Positions 1-9,776 of a stretch of DNA of 60,284 bases are shown here, one piece after another. Location: the NCBI GenBank assembly GCA_944393715.1, contig CALYBB010000039.1, positions 1 to 60,284 of the forward strand. The letters run 5' to 3'. This DNA is from an uncultured Alphaproteobacteria bacterium (GTDB lineage: Bacteria > Pseudomonadota > Alphaproteobacteria > RF32 > CAG-239). Each line of letters begins with the position of its first letter. The first letter of the stretch is position 1. The notes beneath the pieces were generated by a model. That model did no database searches. It was not told where the DNA came from and was given only the letters and a program-made list of their open reading frames with translations. The position numbers were made by a program, and so were the translations under genes.

Positions 1-238
1 AACCAGCAAAAAAAACAAATTTTACAGACACTTTAACATTGGCAAACCTGTTATTTATACATTAAGATGATCATCATAACATTGAGTATAACACATAAAT
101 TACATAAAAAGTGTTACAGTTTTTTTATTTTTTTTTGCAAAAATAGCGACAATACATCATACATCCCCCTCCCTTGAGAATAATTGGGCGGAGGCGGCAA
201 CAGGTTTTAGGATTCTCCCGAGCATGCGCAAAGGATAC

Positions 239-273
239 AAAAAAAAGGATCTCCGTGCCAATCACGGAGATCC
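239..273 (-). terminator. Rho-independent terminator downstream of the minus-strand lipoprotein gene
   Basis: Perfect 11-bp stem GGATCTCCGTG (247-257) / CACGGAGATCC (263-273) with a 5-nt loop. A run of 8 A at 239-246 gives a T-tract on the minus strand. It lies a few nt beyond the stop of the ORF ending at 282. Confidence 0.75.
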
Positions 274-281
274 TTTAATTC

Positions 282-980
282 TTAATAGGGACGCGGTTTT
301 TTTGCTGGTAGAGTTTTTCTATACCAGTAAAAATTTATATCGGCTATGACGTCCGCCGGCACAACCCAGCCGACCTCATAACCCGAAGGTTTGGATTGGC
401 TTATCAGCTTATCAATCCACGCCTGATTGACTGAGAAATCCGACCCGCCATAACCTCCGACTTCTCGGCAAGTATAACCGATCGTAGACGTCCAAGTCAC
501 TTTGGACTTATGGGTTTTATCGTTGTATTCAACGATAGGACTGGTGTATACTTCGTTGAAGACAAAGAAATATCGCCCAGCTCTCTCAGAAAAGAACACA
601 TAAAGATCCTTGCTCGCAAGGCAGTATCTCTTGCCGTCCAAAAAGTAAAGCCCATAACCCTCTTCGTTCCAAGTAACAAAGTACTTGCCGCCAAAGAGTA
701 TTTTTGCGTGAGGTTCGGTCAAAAAACCGGTCTCGGGGACATAAGCCCGCTTTTTTCCGTCGGCTAAAGTCACCAAATAGAAGGTGTTGTAACGCCACTC
801 TATCGAGACAACGTCCTCTTCTCCGAAGGAGATTTCTTTACCGTTGGGATCCTTGAGTTTTGATTTCCCATCGGAATAGGTTACTTTAGTATATCCCTCT
901 CCGATAGGTGTTTCAGTCCGTTTGAAATTGCATGACGAAATCGCCAAGCAAAATACCAAGAATACAATAGTTTTTTTCAT
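282..980 (-). CDS. Putative lipoprotein, function unknown
   Basis: Track ORF 282..1163 trimmed to the internal ATG (complement of 978-980). MKKTIVFLVFCLAISSC is a signal peptide plus lipobox Cys. The 61 upstream codons run through A/T-rich, non-protein-like sequence. The mature part is rich in Tyr/Gly/Phe beta-type segments. Confidence 0.7.
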   Translation of the reverse strand: MKKTIVFLVFCLAISSCNFKRTETPIGEGYTKVTYSDGKSKLKDPNGKEISFGEEDVVSIEWRYNTFYLVTLADGKKRAYVPETGFLTEPHAKILFGGKYFVTWNEEGYGLYFLDGKRYCLASKDLYVFFSERAGRYFFVFNEVYTSPIVEYNDKTHKSKVTWTSTIGYTCREVGGYGGSDFSVNQAWIDKLISQSKPSGYEVGWVVPADVIADINFYWYRKTLPAKKPRPY

Positions 981-1317
981 TTTTTTTATATTTTTAAGAT
1001 TAATAATTTGGTTGCTGGTTACAGATAATAACAGATAAAAACCTAAATAACAAGTTTTTTTGTCTAAAATTGTTATTTTTTTTGAAGAAAAGATGATTCG
1101 CCTTGATAAATTGCCACATTTCCGGCAAAAAAACTTCCGTAATTTGGCCTGTGAGACGCGCATGCTCCCGCCGGATAAAAGGACTTTCGCTTTTATTCAA
1201 TCTTATTTGCCATAAATTTAAGTTGCGGCAAAAGATCCACAGATTTGTGCATATTTTTTCACGACGCTTGCCAAGAGTCGCATTTTGATTTATCTAGTGT
1301 TTAGAGGGGTTTCATTT

Positions 1318-3042
1318 ATGCCAAAAACAGGTCTGAGAGCATTTATATGCAGTTTTTCGGTATCTCTGTTTGCCGTTATGGCGGCAAACAGAATTTTTGC
1401 GCCGCAGAAACCTCTTGAAACACCCCCTCTTGATATCAGCGGCAAAAATATTGTTTTGTTTTTGAAAAACAACGGTGTTCCTAAGATTCCCGTCAAAAAA
1501 ATAGCTCTTAGCATTCTGCCGGAAATTACCCCTGAGACGCCCGATGAGGCCAACGTGCCGTCAGTTGAAGACGCGCCGGAGGTTATTATGGCCGGTAAGG
1601 ATGAGCTCATTGATTTTCCGCTTGAATTTGAACCTTTGGCGCCGCAGCCCGAAAAAATAACCGTCGACACGGCGGCAGAACCGCTTGTTTTGGCCGATGT
1701 TCTGTATTCCGAAGATCATCCTCTTGAAACCCCTGAAATAGAGGCTGTGCCGATCTATGCTCCGGAGCAGGAAAGTCCGAAAATCGCCGCTGCGCCTGTC
1801 TATCAGCCGGCACCTTCTGCGGCAGAAGTGCCCAAAACGGTCTCTTTGCCGGATTCAGTAGGGATTTCGCCGCAAAAAGTGGTCGATCCGGATGCCGCCG
1901 CCCTAAGGTTGGCGCGCGCCGAGACGGCGGCGGCCATTCCTTTGCAAAAAAAATCCGGCGCAACAGCAAAGCAAAGAAAAGCCGTCATTGGTGATCCGCA
2001 GGCTCTGAATCATATCGCAATGGCCGACAGTAATATTCCGATTGAAAGCGTTGAGCGAAACGCCGAAGAAACGGTCGCCGCCCAAAAGGACGCAAAAAAA
2101 TGGAAAGCCATGAACGACAGTCCGTGGATTGTTGCCAAAAGCAATGCTGGCGGCAAAAACCAGCTGGCGGCAAAAGATCTGACTGCCGCCGCAGATAAAG
2201 AAATCAGTCAGGCTCTTTATGCTCAAAACAACCGCTCAGGCGTGCAAATAGCCTCCGAAACGGTAAAAAACCTGATTATTCCGATACCGGAAGATATTTT
2301 GAACGACGATAACCTGACCCCAAAACTTGCTTATCCAAGCACATCCGAAGATGCCGCAAAGGAAAAAATTATTGATGAACGAATAAAAAAACAAGAGCTG
2401 GTCAAAAAAGAAAAAAAAGAGCCGCTTTTGTCGCCAATCGAAGAAGAGGTATCGTTGGACGCGCCGGTTGTTGATCTTCCGGTGCAGGAAACACCTTTGC
2501 CGACAACAAAACAGGCGGCTAAAACCGTTGCGGATAAACCGGTCAAAGAGACAGAAAAAGGTGGGATAATCAATGCCTTAAACTCGATCTTTGACCGCTC
2601 GGCCGAGGCTGTTAACGATGCTAAAGAGCGAGCCATCGCCAAGGCAAAGGCTCGGCGTTCTTTGAAGCAAAAGCGGGCTCAAAGCCGTCCGGTTTCGATT
2701 ATGCCCAAAGAAATACGTCTGTCGTTCCAGCCGAACAGGGCGGAAATTTCCGGCCAAACACTGCGCTGGGTGCAAGCTTTTGCTTCCAAAGCCGCCGCAT
2801 CGCCGGATCTGGCCTTGGAAATAAGAATTGACGGCACAAGCTCAATGGTCTTGCAGCAAAAAAGGCTTAACCTGTTGCATAATATCCTGAGCAATAAAGG
2901 CGTGGAATATTCCAAGATTAATACGGTGTTCACTGCTCGGGAGCCAAACAGCTTTATTTTGAGGACAATTAATCTAGAAAATAATTCAAAAGGAAAAACA
3001 CAAGGAACAAAAAACGGCGCCGCCGGTTATATACAATGGTAA
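1318..3042 (+). CDS. Membrane-anchored Pro/Ala/Glu-rich protein; first gene of the pilus module; weak OmpA/MotB-like C-terminal pattern
   Basis: Track ORF 1285..3042 starts at TTG. An ATG at 1318 is preceded by AGAGGGG (1303-1309). The N-terminus LRAFICSFSVSLFAVMAANRIFA is hydrophobic, followed by a long low-complexity P/A/E/K region. The last ~100 aa (IRLSFQPNRAEISGQTL...LEIRIDGTSS...LQQKRLNLLHNILSNKGV) loosely follow the OmpA_C pattern. The functional call is weak. Confidence 0.55.
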   Translation: MPKTGLRAFICSFSVSLFAVMAANRIFAPQKPLETPPLDISGKNIVLFLKNNGVPKIPVKKIALSILPEITPETPDEANVPSVEDAPEVIMAGKDELIDFPLEFEPLAPQPEKITVDTAAEPLVLADVLYSEDHPLETPEIEAVPIYAPEQESPKIAAAPVYQPAPSAAEVPKTVSLPDSVGISPQKVVDPDAAALRLARAETAAAIPLQKKSGATAKQRKAVIGDPQALNHIAMADSNIPIESVERNAEETVAAQKDAKKWKAMNDSPWIVAKSNAGGKNQLAAKDLTAAADKEISQALYAQNNRSGVQIASETVKNLIIPIPEDILNDDNLTPKLAYPSTSEDAAKEKIIDERIKKQELVKKEKKEPLLSPIEEEVSLDAPVVDLPVQETPLPTTKQAAKTVADKPVKETEKGGIINALNSIFDRSAEAVNDAKERAIAKAKARRSLKQKRAQSRPVSIMPKEIRLSFQPNRAEISGQTLRWVQAFASKAAASPDLALEIRIDGTSSMVLQQKRLNLLHNILSNKGVEYSKINTVFTAREPNSFILRTINLENNSKGKTQGTKNGAAGYIQW

Positions 3043-3096
3043 TAACTGACTGACAGCGCTTGATTATTTATTTTTCAATAGTATGATAAGGAAAAT

Positions 3097-3804
3097 ATGA
3101 TGAAAAAATCTATTCGAAGGATTGCGGAGATGAACTTAAAAAGAATATGCGGATTATCGTTTTTGTCGCTGTTTCTGCTTACCGGTTGCAGCAAGTATAC
3201 TTTATGGGGTTCATCGGATGATCCTGAAGGTGTTTATGAACCGGAGACGGCCTATGTTCAGAGCGCGCCTGTCGTTCCGGTCGTCGTGCCGCCGGAGGAA
3301 CCTGCCGATCAGTTTATTGATTATCGTCGGACAGCCGCAAATTATCGCGAATTTGGCGAAAGGACGCCTCAGGATCAATATGTTTTGAACAGCGGTCCGG
3401 GAAGCAATATGTCTGCCGCAATTCCACCGACAATAGAAGAAGAGGTCGCTAGTTATGAAGAGGCCGTCGACGAGGCCTTTGAAGATGCGATCACCGACAG
3501 CGAGGATGACGGCGGCGATAATTCGGGCGATGATGCTGTTGAGGATTGGCTGGCCGAAGAAGGCAGCACGCTTAAAGGGTTGCTGTCTGAATGGTGCGAA
3601 AGAGCCGGATGGCGGTTGGTCTGGAACTCAAACCGTAATTATACGTTGGGTGCCGGAGCCATGTTCCGCGGACGCTTTGCGGACGTTTCGTCGGCGCTGA
3701 TACGCACTTTTGCCAGAGCCCAGCCTGCGCCTTTGGCTACATTCTATAAAGGAAACCGTGTTTTAGTTGTTGAGACCAGGGAGGATGAGAATGCGTTTAA
3801 CTAA
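3097..3804 (+). CDS. pilL: PilL-like lipoprotein with TcpQ-type C-terminal domain (type IVb pilus biogenesis)
   Basis: Lipobox LLTGC|S follows a hydrophobic signal, and AAGGA lies upstream of the ATG. The central region is acidic. The C-terminus STLKGLLSEWCERAGWRLVWNSNRNYTLGAGAMFRGRFADVSSALIRTF matches the TcpQ/PilL signature. It sits immediately upstream of the secretin gene, as in R64-type pil clusters. Confidence 0.65.
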   Translation: MMKKSIRRIAEMNLKRICGLSFLSLFLLTGCSKYTLWGSSDDPEGVYEPETAYVQSAPVVPVVVPPEEPADQFIDYRRTAANYREFGERTPQDQYVLNSGPGSNMSAAIPPTIEEEVASYEEAVDEAFEDAITDSEDDGGDNSGDDAVEDWLAEEGSTLKGLLSEWCERAGWRLVWNSNRNYTLGAGAMFRGRFADVSSALIRTFARAQPAPLATFYKGNRVLVVETREDENAFN

Positions 3805-5392
3805 TTTGAAAAAGCTCGGAATAGGCGCTTGCGTTGTCGCTTTTGCCGCCTCCTGCTCTATTTCAACCACTATGGATAATGCCGTGGAAAAAGAAGTCGC
3901 GTCTGCGGCAAGGCTGCGCGAAGATGCCAAAATTCCGACTTCCGTCGCTAATCAGGATCTGGTTAAGGTTAAAGATGATATATGGCTCGGGGACACAAGC
4001 AAAATCGAATATGAGGGCGAGCCTTTGCCGTCTTACTTGGAAACTAAAGACGGAATTACGCTGGTCTCAAACCGACCGATTACGCTATACGAAATCGGAG
4101 ACATGATCAACCGCACTACCAGCTTGGGTATACGTTATGCTACGGAGCTGGAGCAGGATGTGCGCGCCAAAGGAGAAGCAAATCGTCCGGAGAATGCCCT
4201 TGCGTCTTCGGGGGGATGGGTCTCTCCCGACACGATGATGGTCTCTTATCAGGGGCCGTTGAGCGGCTTTTTGGATGAAGTGTCTTCAAGATTCGGCGTA
4301 TGGTGGAAATATGAAAATAAAGACATCTATTTTTATAAGTTTATTACCAAAACCTTTGTTATCTACTCTTTGCCGACCAAACCCAGCATGAACGTCAATA
4401 TCGGCGGACAGGCATCGGGCGGTGGGGCGTCGTCGTCCATCAGTCTGACATCATCGTTGGATGTTGAAATGTGGGCGCAATTCGAGCAGAGTATCACATC
4501 CATGATCAGTGAAGGCGCCAAATTGACGGTTTCTCCGGCAGACGGAACAATTACGCTAACCGCGACGCCAAATGACATCAAATTGGTGGCCAAATATATT
4601 AATGAGCAGAATGCCCGTTTATCACGTCAAGTGGCCATCTCGGTCAAGATTATGCAGGTTACGGTTGACGACAACGACAGTTACGGTCTTGATCTGAGGG
4701 CGACATTTGACGATGGAATTACTTCTTTAGGCATAACGGGAACGCAGTCAATTTCCGGTGAGAATATGTCTAATTCCTTGACATGGGGTGTTATTAACGA
4801 TCATTGGTCGGCTGATGCCATCATGCAGGCTATTTCGGAGAAAAACCGCGCATCATTAGTTACCAGCGGCACCGTAACAACGCTTAACAACAAACCGGCG
4901 CCGATTCAGGTAACGCAAAAGCAAAACTATATTTCGGAGATGACCAAGACCAATAACGGTACTGACGGCACCAATTACGATATATCCGTAACGACCGAAG
5001 AGATTGAAACCGGCTTTACGCTTGATGTTTTGCCCAGACTTTTGGAGCACGGCCGGATGCTGATTATGTTTAACATGACGCTGTCGGATTTGTTGTCTCT
5101 GGAGCGTGTTGACTTCGGCAACGCGGACGAGAATCAGTATATTCAGAACCCAATAGTCGAATCCCGAGCTTTTACGCAGGAAGTGGCTATGGCATCAGGA
5201 GAATCTTTAATCCTGACCGGATACGAAAAAGTTTCGTCAGAAACAAACAAAGCCGGAATGGGGTCGGCCGAGAATTCGCTGCTGGGCGGCAGCGCCAGTG
5301 CCGAAAGAAGCCGCAATATTCTGGTTATTATTCTGACACCGGTTGTTTTGGAGACACCGCTGTCGCCTGAGACCAGAATGAGCATGAATTAA
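3791..5392 (+). CDS. pilN: Type IVb pilus outer-membrane secretin, lipoprotein (R64 PilN-like)
   Basis: GGGAGGA precedes the ATG codons at 3785 and 3791 (the track ORF starts at 3767). Lipobox is VAFAASC|S. Secretin-domain signatures are VAISVKIMQVTVDDNDSYGLDL, LVTSGTVTTLNNKPAPIQV, SGESLILTGYEK and the C-terminal RNILVIILTPVVLE. It overlaps the pilL stop by a few codons. Confidence 0.85.
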   Translation: MRLTNLKKLGIGACVVAFAASCSISTTMDNAVEKEVASAARLREDAKIPTSVANQDLVKVKDDIWLGDTSKIEYEGEPLPSYLETKDGITLVSNRPITLYEIGDMINRTTSLGIRYATELEQDVRAKGEANRPENALASSGGWVSPDTMMVSYQGPLSGFLDEVSSRFGVWWKYENKDIYFYKFITKTFVIYSLPTKPSMNVNIGGQASGGGASSSISLTSSLDVEMWAQFEQSITSMISEGAKLTVSPADGTITLTATPNDIKLVAKYINEQNARLSRQVAISVKIMQVTVDDNDSYGLDLRATFDDGITSLGITGTQSISGENMSNSLTWGVINDHWSADAIMQAISEKNRASLVTSGTVTTLNNKPAPIQVTQKQNYISEMTKTNNGTDGTNYDISVTTEEIETGFTLDVLPRLLEHGRMLIMFNMTLSDLLSLERVDFGNADENQYIQNPIVESRAFTQEVAMASGESLILTGYEKVSSETNKAGMGSAENSLLGGSASAERSRNILVIILTPVVLETPLSPETRMSMN

Positions 5393-5417
5393 ACAGCCAG
5401 ACAGGGAGAATCCGCAA

Positions 5418-6737
5418 GTGCTGGAAGACGCAAAGCTTTTAGACGAAGATTATGATGATGCCGGAAGGCGCACATGGGGGACGTCGATCAACATCGATGG
5501 CGTAAATTACGCGACCAGCCTGTTTTGGCAGCCGTTGCAGAATTCCGGCGATTATTTTCAGGAAGTTGAAGAGGCCTCCAACAGTATTTTGGAAGGCGCG
5601 GATTTGTTCTGCATCAAAGGCGGCAAGGCGCCGCAGTTTGGTATTTGCGTTTCGCACGAAGGCTACAAAAACGGCGAAACCGTTGCTGCCGTTGCTTTGG
5701 TAACGGCTTTGTCAAATGCCTCATCTTTTGTTGCTGTTTTTAAGACACGTGAAGGCTGGTGGTATATCTGCGTGCGCAACGACATCATCTTGTCTGACGG
5801 CGACATGTTGTTTTTAACTGAGGACGAAGCAAAAAATCAGTTTTTGTCCATGATGGCTGTTCCGGATTGGGGGCGGAAGATTGCGCCGAAGGAATGGGGG
5901 GTTGAAGACACCGAGGAGCTGGAGCTGGAGGAGCTGATTTCGCGCGGCGCCAAGATTAAGCTGCAAAAGATCAAAGGGCTGCGTGGCTCAAAGCTGATCA
6001 TGGTTGTAGCTATATCGGCGGTTGTTGGCTTATGGCTGGTTTCAAGTCTGATTGACAAGCTGTTCCTGACGCCGGTCAAACGTCCGGTTGTGGTGCCCGT
6101 CAGGCCGAAGGTTGTTCAGCAGGTTGAGGTCAAAGAGGTTCCCAAGCCATGGGAAAGCATAAAAAGCCCCAAACAATTTATGGCAAATTGCAACGAAGGC
6201 GCCAACCAGCTTGTCGGCATTATGCCTCCTGGCTGGGTAATAGGCCAGATCAGTTGTACGGGGACGTCAGCCGCGACTTCTTGGAGAAGAGAGATCGGCA
6301 CGATGGAGTGGATGGAAGAGGCTCTAAAGAGTTCCGGTTTGGCTTTTTCGGGCTATAGCTTTGACCCGACGGGAAATTCCCTGTCGGCCACGTTGCCTCT
6401 AAAGGCTATGGAAACATTGACTTCGCCGCCGGAAAAGAGCATGACGGATTTGCGCAACGCCATCAACAACGAATTTCAGTCCATGGGGTTGCAGGTATCT
6501 CTGGCGGAAGAAAGCCAGACGATAAAATCCTCAGCTCCGGCCGCCGGCAAAGGTCCTGCTGCGCAGGCGGCTCGTTCGGTTACCGTTCGCGCTTTAAAAT
6601 TCACGTTCAATTCGCCGCACAATCCTTCGGTGTGGGCTGATATGTTAACAAAATATTCAGGTCTTGAGATTAGAATGATCACATATTCTCCGGTAAACAA
6701 TACCTGGCATTATGAGGGAGCTATCTATGTTTTATAA
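5418..6737 (+). CDS. pilO: PilO-like pilus accessory protein (bitopic: cytoplasmic N-domain, one TM, periplasmic C-domain)
   Basis: GTG start is preceded by GGGAGA. A single central TM is LIMVVAISAVVGLWLVSSLI. The 439-aa size and the position between secretin and PilP/ATPase match R64 PilO. No catalytic motifs are visible. The assignment rests on synteny, size and topology. Confidence 0.5.
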   Translation: MLEDAKLLDEDYDDAGRRTWGTSINIDGVNYATSLFWQPLQNSGDYFQEVEEASNSILEGADLFCIKGGKAPQFGICVSHEGYKNGETVAAVALVTALSNASSFVAVFKTREGWWYICVRNDIILSDGDMLFLTEDEAKNQFLSMMAVPDWGRKIAPKEWGVEDTEELELEELISRGAKIKLQKIKGLRGSKLIMVVAISAVVGLWLVSSLIDKLFLTPVKRPVVVPVRPKVVQQVEVKEVPKPWESIKSPKQFMANCNEGANQLVGIMPPGWVIGQISCTGTSAATSWRREIGTMEWMEEALKSSGLAFSGYSFDPTGNSLSATLPLKAMETLTSPPEKSMTDLRNAINNEFQSMGLQVSLAEESQTIKSSAPAAGKGPAAQAARSVTVRALKFTFNSPHNPSVWADMLTKYSGLEIRMITYSPVNNTWHYEGAIYVL

Positions 6738-8052
6738 AGTCAGAAATCTTTGTTTGATTGCGTTATTTTGTTTTTTGGCGGTGCCGGTTCAGGCTCAGGG
6801 GCTTGTTTCTTTGTCTGAGGAAGCAATGTTTGACGACGGGCTCGATACTGGTGACGAACTTCCGGATTTTGGTGCGCCAAAAACACCGGCTGTTCCGGCC
6901 AAAAGCTCAACGGTCGATAGCAAAGATGCCTCTTTAATTCAGCCTCAGGCGGCGCCGAAAGCTCCGCAGCCGCAGGCCGAAACACCCTCTCCGGCGGCCG
7001 CAGCCGGCCAGCCGGCAAAAGAAGACGGTAGGATAGATTTGTTTGGCGGCACAGGCGATGAGCCTGTCGCGGCCGGCAGTGACCTGTTTTCGCAAATGTC
7101 GGAGTTGGAAAAAAGAACGGCTGTATTAAATTTGGAATTGCGGCGCGAAAAATTGCAAAACGAAATTGAGGCCGTCAAGAATCAGCGGCGTCAGGCTTTG
7201 CAGCAGGAACAAGACAAAATAGAACAGCAGCGCTTAAAGAATATCGAATTTGAAAAAGAGCAGGAAAAGAAAGTGCTGATTGAGCAGCAAAAACTGCGGG
7301 ATTTAGACATTCAGTTTGAGACCCTGCGTCAGGAAAAACTTCTTGATTCCTACAAAAACTATATGCTTGAAGAAAATCAGAAATGGATTGCTCATAACGC
7401 CAGTTTTTATAAACAAATCAGCGACTTGCGTCAATCCAAAAAGCAGCTGGCCGAAAGCCTCAAAAACAAGATGCTGTCGCTTCAAAACGAGGCAAAGTCC
7501 GCCCGACGGGCTTATAACACGGAGGTAGCCTCTTACCAAAAAGAGATTAATGATTTGCAGGCGCAAATAAGTGTCCTGAGGAACCGGATAACCACCATGG
7601 AAAAAGAGCAGGAAGCCATGGCGCAAAATCCGTTTGCCGGAGCCGGGTCTTCGACAGCCACGGCCTCGACGACCACGGCCGGAGGGGACAGCGACGAAAG
7701 CATCCCCGAAGAGCCGGTTGAAACGGATTTGTCTCAGTTATATGCTGTTACAGAAATCCGTGGGCAGGGCGGCGAGCTTATAGCCAAGCTGGTCAACAAA
7801 TCCGGAACGTCTTTCTACGTCAAAAAAGGCACGACGTTGCAAACGGGGCATGTTATCGGCGACATTACCCAGACTTATGTTGCGGCATCCAAAGGCGGCG
7901 ATACCAAATATCTTTACTTTGCCCCCGGAGGTGTGATTCCGGTCGAAGCAACGGAATTTAAGGTCGAAGGGCAAGAAAACAATCCTGAGGGCGTTTCGGC
8001 AAAGGCTCCTTCCAGAACCGCATCAACCGGACCGATCCCCGCGGCTTTATAA
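6727..8052 (+). CDS. pilP: PilP-like pilus biogenesis protein with long N-terminal disordered and coiled-coil extension
   Basis: ATG at 6727 follows GAGGGAG (6714-6720). Signal peptide is MFYKVRNLCLIALFCFLAVPVQAQG. A Pro/Ala-rich segment is followed by a ~200-aa heptad-like Q/E/K/L region. The C-terminal beta-domain LYAVTEIRGQGGELIAKLVNKSGTSFYVKKGTTLQTGHVIGDITQTYV fits the type IVb PilP family pattern. Confidence 0.55.
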   Translation: MFYKVRNLCLIALFCFLAVPVQAQGLVSLSEEAMFDDGLDTGDELPDFGAPKTPAVPAKSSTVDSKDASLIQPQAAPKAPQPQAETPSPAAAAGQPAKEDGRIDLFGGTGDEPVAAGSDLFSQMSELEKRTAVLNLELRREKLQNEIEAVKNQRRQALQQEQDKIEQQRLKNIEFEKEQEKKVLIEQQKLRDLDIQFETLRQEKLLDSYKNYMLEENQKWIAHNASFYKQISDLRQSKKQLAESLKNKMLSLQNEAKSARRAYNTEVASYQKEINDLQAQISVLRNRITTMEKEQEAMAQNPFAGAGSSTATASTTTAGGDSDESIPEEPVETDLSQLYAVTEIRGQGGELIAKLVNKSGTSFYVKKGTTLQTGHVIGDITQTYVAASKGGDTKYLYFAPGGVIPVEATEFKVEGQENNPEGVSAKAPSRTASTGPIPAAL

Positions 8053-8076
8053 CGTCGCAGCGGGCGGAGAAAATCC

Positions 8077-9753
8077 ATGGCCGAAGCAGAGACAGAAGAG
8101 GCAAAAAATCCTTCTCAACCGGAGGCGGCAGCATCGGGAGCTAATACCGAGACTGCCGCCGGCGGGACTCAAAGAAGCGGTCAGGGATCCATCAATGATA
8201 TTTATTTTTCCAACGGCAACAAGCTGTTGACTCTCCCTGGTTCCTCACTGGCAATCAACGATGACACGCGGCGTCTTTTGGCGTTGTTTTCCGACGGGCG
8301 CTTTTTGGTTGTCGAGACCCACAAATTTGACGGCCGCGTTTTGAGCTTTGAGGTTTTGGCGCGGCGCAGAAAATTGCCGATTGCCAAGCCGACTTACGTT
8401 TCACAAAACGAAATCAACGCCATTTATTCCATTGGCGAACGCGCGCAAGCCGCCGAAGAAGTTTCGGCCGATGCCGAGCTTGACCAGCTACAAATGCAAA
8501 AAGACTTTGTCAACGTGGTTGCCAGAGCCGCGGTGCGTAAGGTCTCGGATATTCACGTAGTGGTGGCCGACAGCACGCAGATTATGTTTCGCGTCAACGG
8601 CATGATGCAGGTTGAGATGGAATACAATAAAGAATGGGGTGAATCATTTGTGCGCGCGGCGTTTGCCTCGGCGGATATTTCGGACTCAAACTATGCGCAA
8701 AATGAGTTTCAGGGCGCGCAAAAGCTGGGTTCAACACCGTTGCGCGGTTCCAAAGGCAAGCTGATGCTGCCGCACAATGTGCTGGCCATCCGCCTGCAAT
8801 TTAACCCGATTGCGTTTGGTTCTCAGTACTTGGTTATGCGCTTGTTGTACGCCGACGACAATCCGGATGGCTCCGGCGATCTGGCGAGCCTTGGCTTTGG
8901 GCCGTTTGAAGAAGATCTGTTTTACCGGCTGCGGGCGGTTCCGGTGGGTTTGAGCATTATTGCGGGGCCGACGGGGTCCGGAAAATCGACCACTCTGCAG
9001 CGCAACATGATTAAATTGTTGCAGGAAAAGAATTACGAGCTCAACTTGCTGACGGTGGAAGACCCGCCGGAGTACCCCATCCCTGGCGCGCGGCAGATGC
9101 CGGTTACCAACGCCAATACCGAAGAAGAAAAAGCCGAACAATTCACCAAAGCTCTGTCGGCGGCGCTGCGTTCTGACCCCGATGTTATTATGGTGGGCGA
9201 GATTCGTGCTTTAGCCGCGGCGCAGCTGACGTTTCAGGGTGCACTTTCCGGCCACGGCATGTGGTCGACGTTGCATGCCAACTCGGCGCCGGCGATTATC
9301 AACCGTTTTCGCGACATGGGGGTAGAGACGTTCAAATTGCTTGACCCCGAGTTGATCAAAGGGCTTATTTCGCAGCGTTTGTTCCGCCGGCTGTGTCCGC
9401 ATTGCCGGATTTCGATTAAAGAAAGGCAGAATGATCCGTCGTTTCAGCGGCTTCGGACGGCTTTGGGCGATTTTGGCGTTGAGAATACCTTTGTGCGCGG
9501 ACCTGGGTGCAAATTCTGCAACAACACCGGTGTTAAAGGGCGCATGTGCGTGCCGGAGATTATCCTGCCGGACGCAACCTTTCTGGAACTTATGATCAAA
9601 GGCGAAACCCGCAAGGCGATTGACTACTGGACATCGGACTTAAACGGGCGGACACTTAAAGAAGCCGCGATGGAGCGCATGCTCAAAGGCTTTATTGATT
9701 TGGACGAGGTTGAGCGCTGGTGCGGGCTTTTGGATCAAAGACCGGCTTATTAA
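8077..9753 (+). CDS. pilQ: GspE/PilB-family secretion ATPase (R64 PilQ-like pilus assembly ATPase)
   Basis: Walker A is GPTGSGKST. The Walker B/Asp-box region is DPDVIMVGEIR. The His box is GHGMWSTLHAN. A tetracysteine motif (CPHC ... CKFC) is typical of GspE/PilB ATPases. Confidence 0.9.
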   Translation: MAEAETEEAKNPSQPEAAASGANTETAAGGTQRSGQGSINDIYFSNGNKLLTLPGSSLAINDDTRRLLALFSDGRFLVVETHKFDGRVLSFEVLARRRKLPIAKPTYVSQNEINAIYSIGERAQAAEEVSADAELDQLQMQKDFVNVVARAAVRKVSDIHVVVADSTQIMFRVNGMMQVEMEYNKEWGESFVRAAFASADISDSNYAQNEFQGAQKLGSTPLRGSKGKLMLPHNVLAIRLQFNPIAFGSQYLVMRLLYADDNPDGSGDLASLGFGPFEEDLFYRLRAVPVGLSIIAGPTGSGKSTTLQRNMIKLLQEKNYELNLLTVEDPPEYPIPGARQMPVTNANTEEEKAEQFTKALSAALRSDPDVIMVGEIRALAAAQLTFQGALSGHGMWSTLHANSAPAIINRFRDMGVETFKLLDPELIKGLISQRLFRRLCPHCRISIKERQNDPSFQRLRTALGDFGVENTFVRGPGCKFCNNTGVKGRMCVPEIILPDATFLELMIKGETRKAIDYWTSDLNGRTLKEAAMERMLKGFIDLDEVERWCGLLDQRPAY

Positions 9754-9776
9754 CAAGATTTTTGAGGATTTGAGGT

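Noticed and set aside
3455..3700. Short overlapping ORFs inside the pil genes (for example 3455..3700, 3834..4106, 9695..10012, 10985..11224, 11221..11409)
   Set aside because: They are alternative-frame ORFs wholly inside well-supported genes. Their products are Arg/Pro-rich, as expected for off-frame reading of moderately GC-rich coding sequence.
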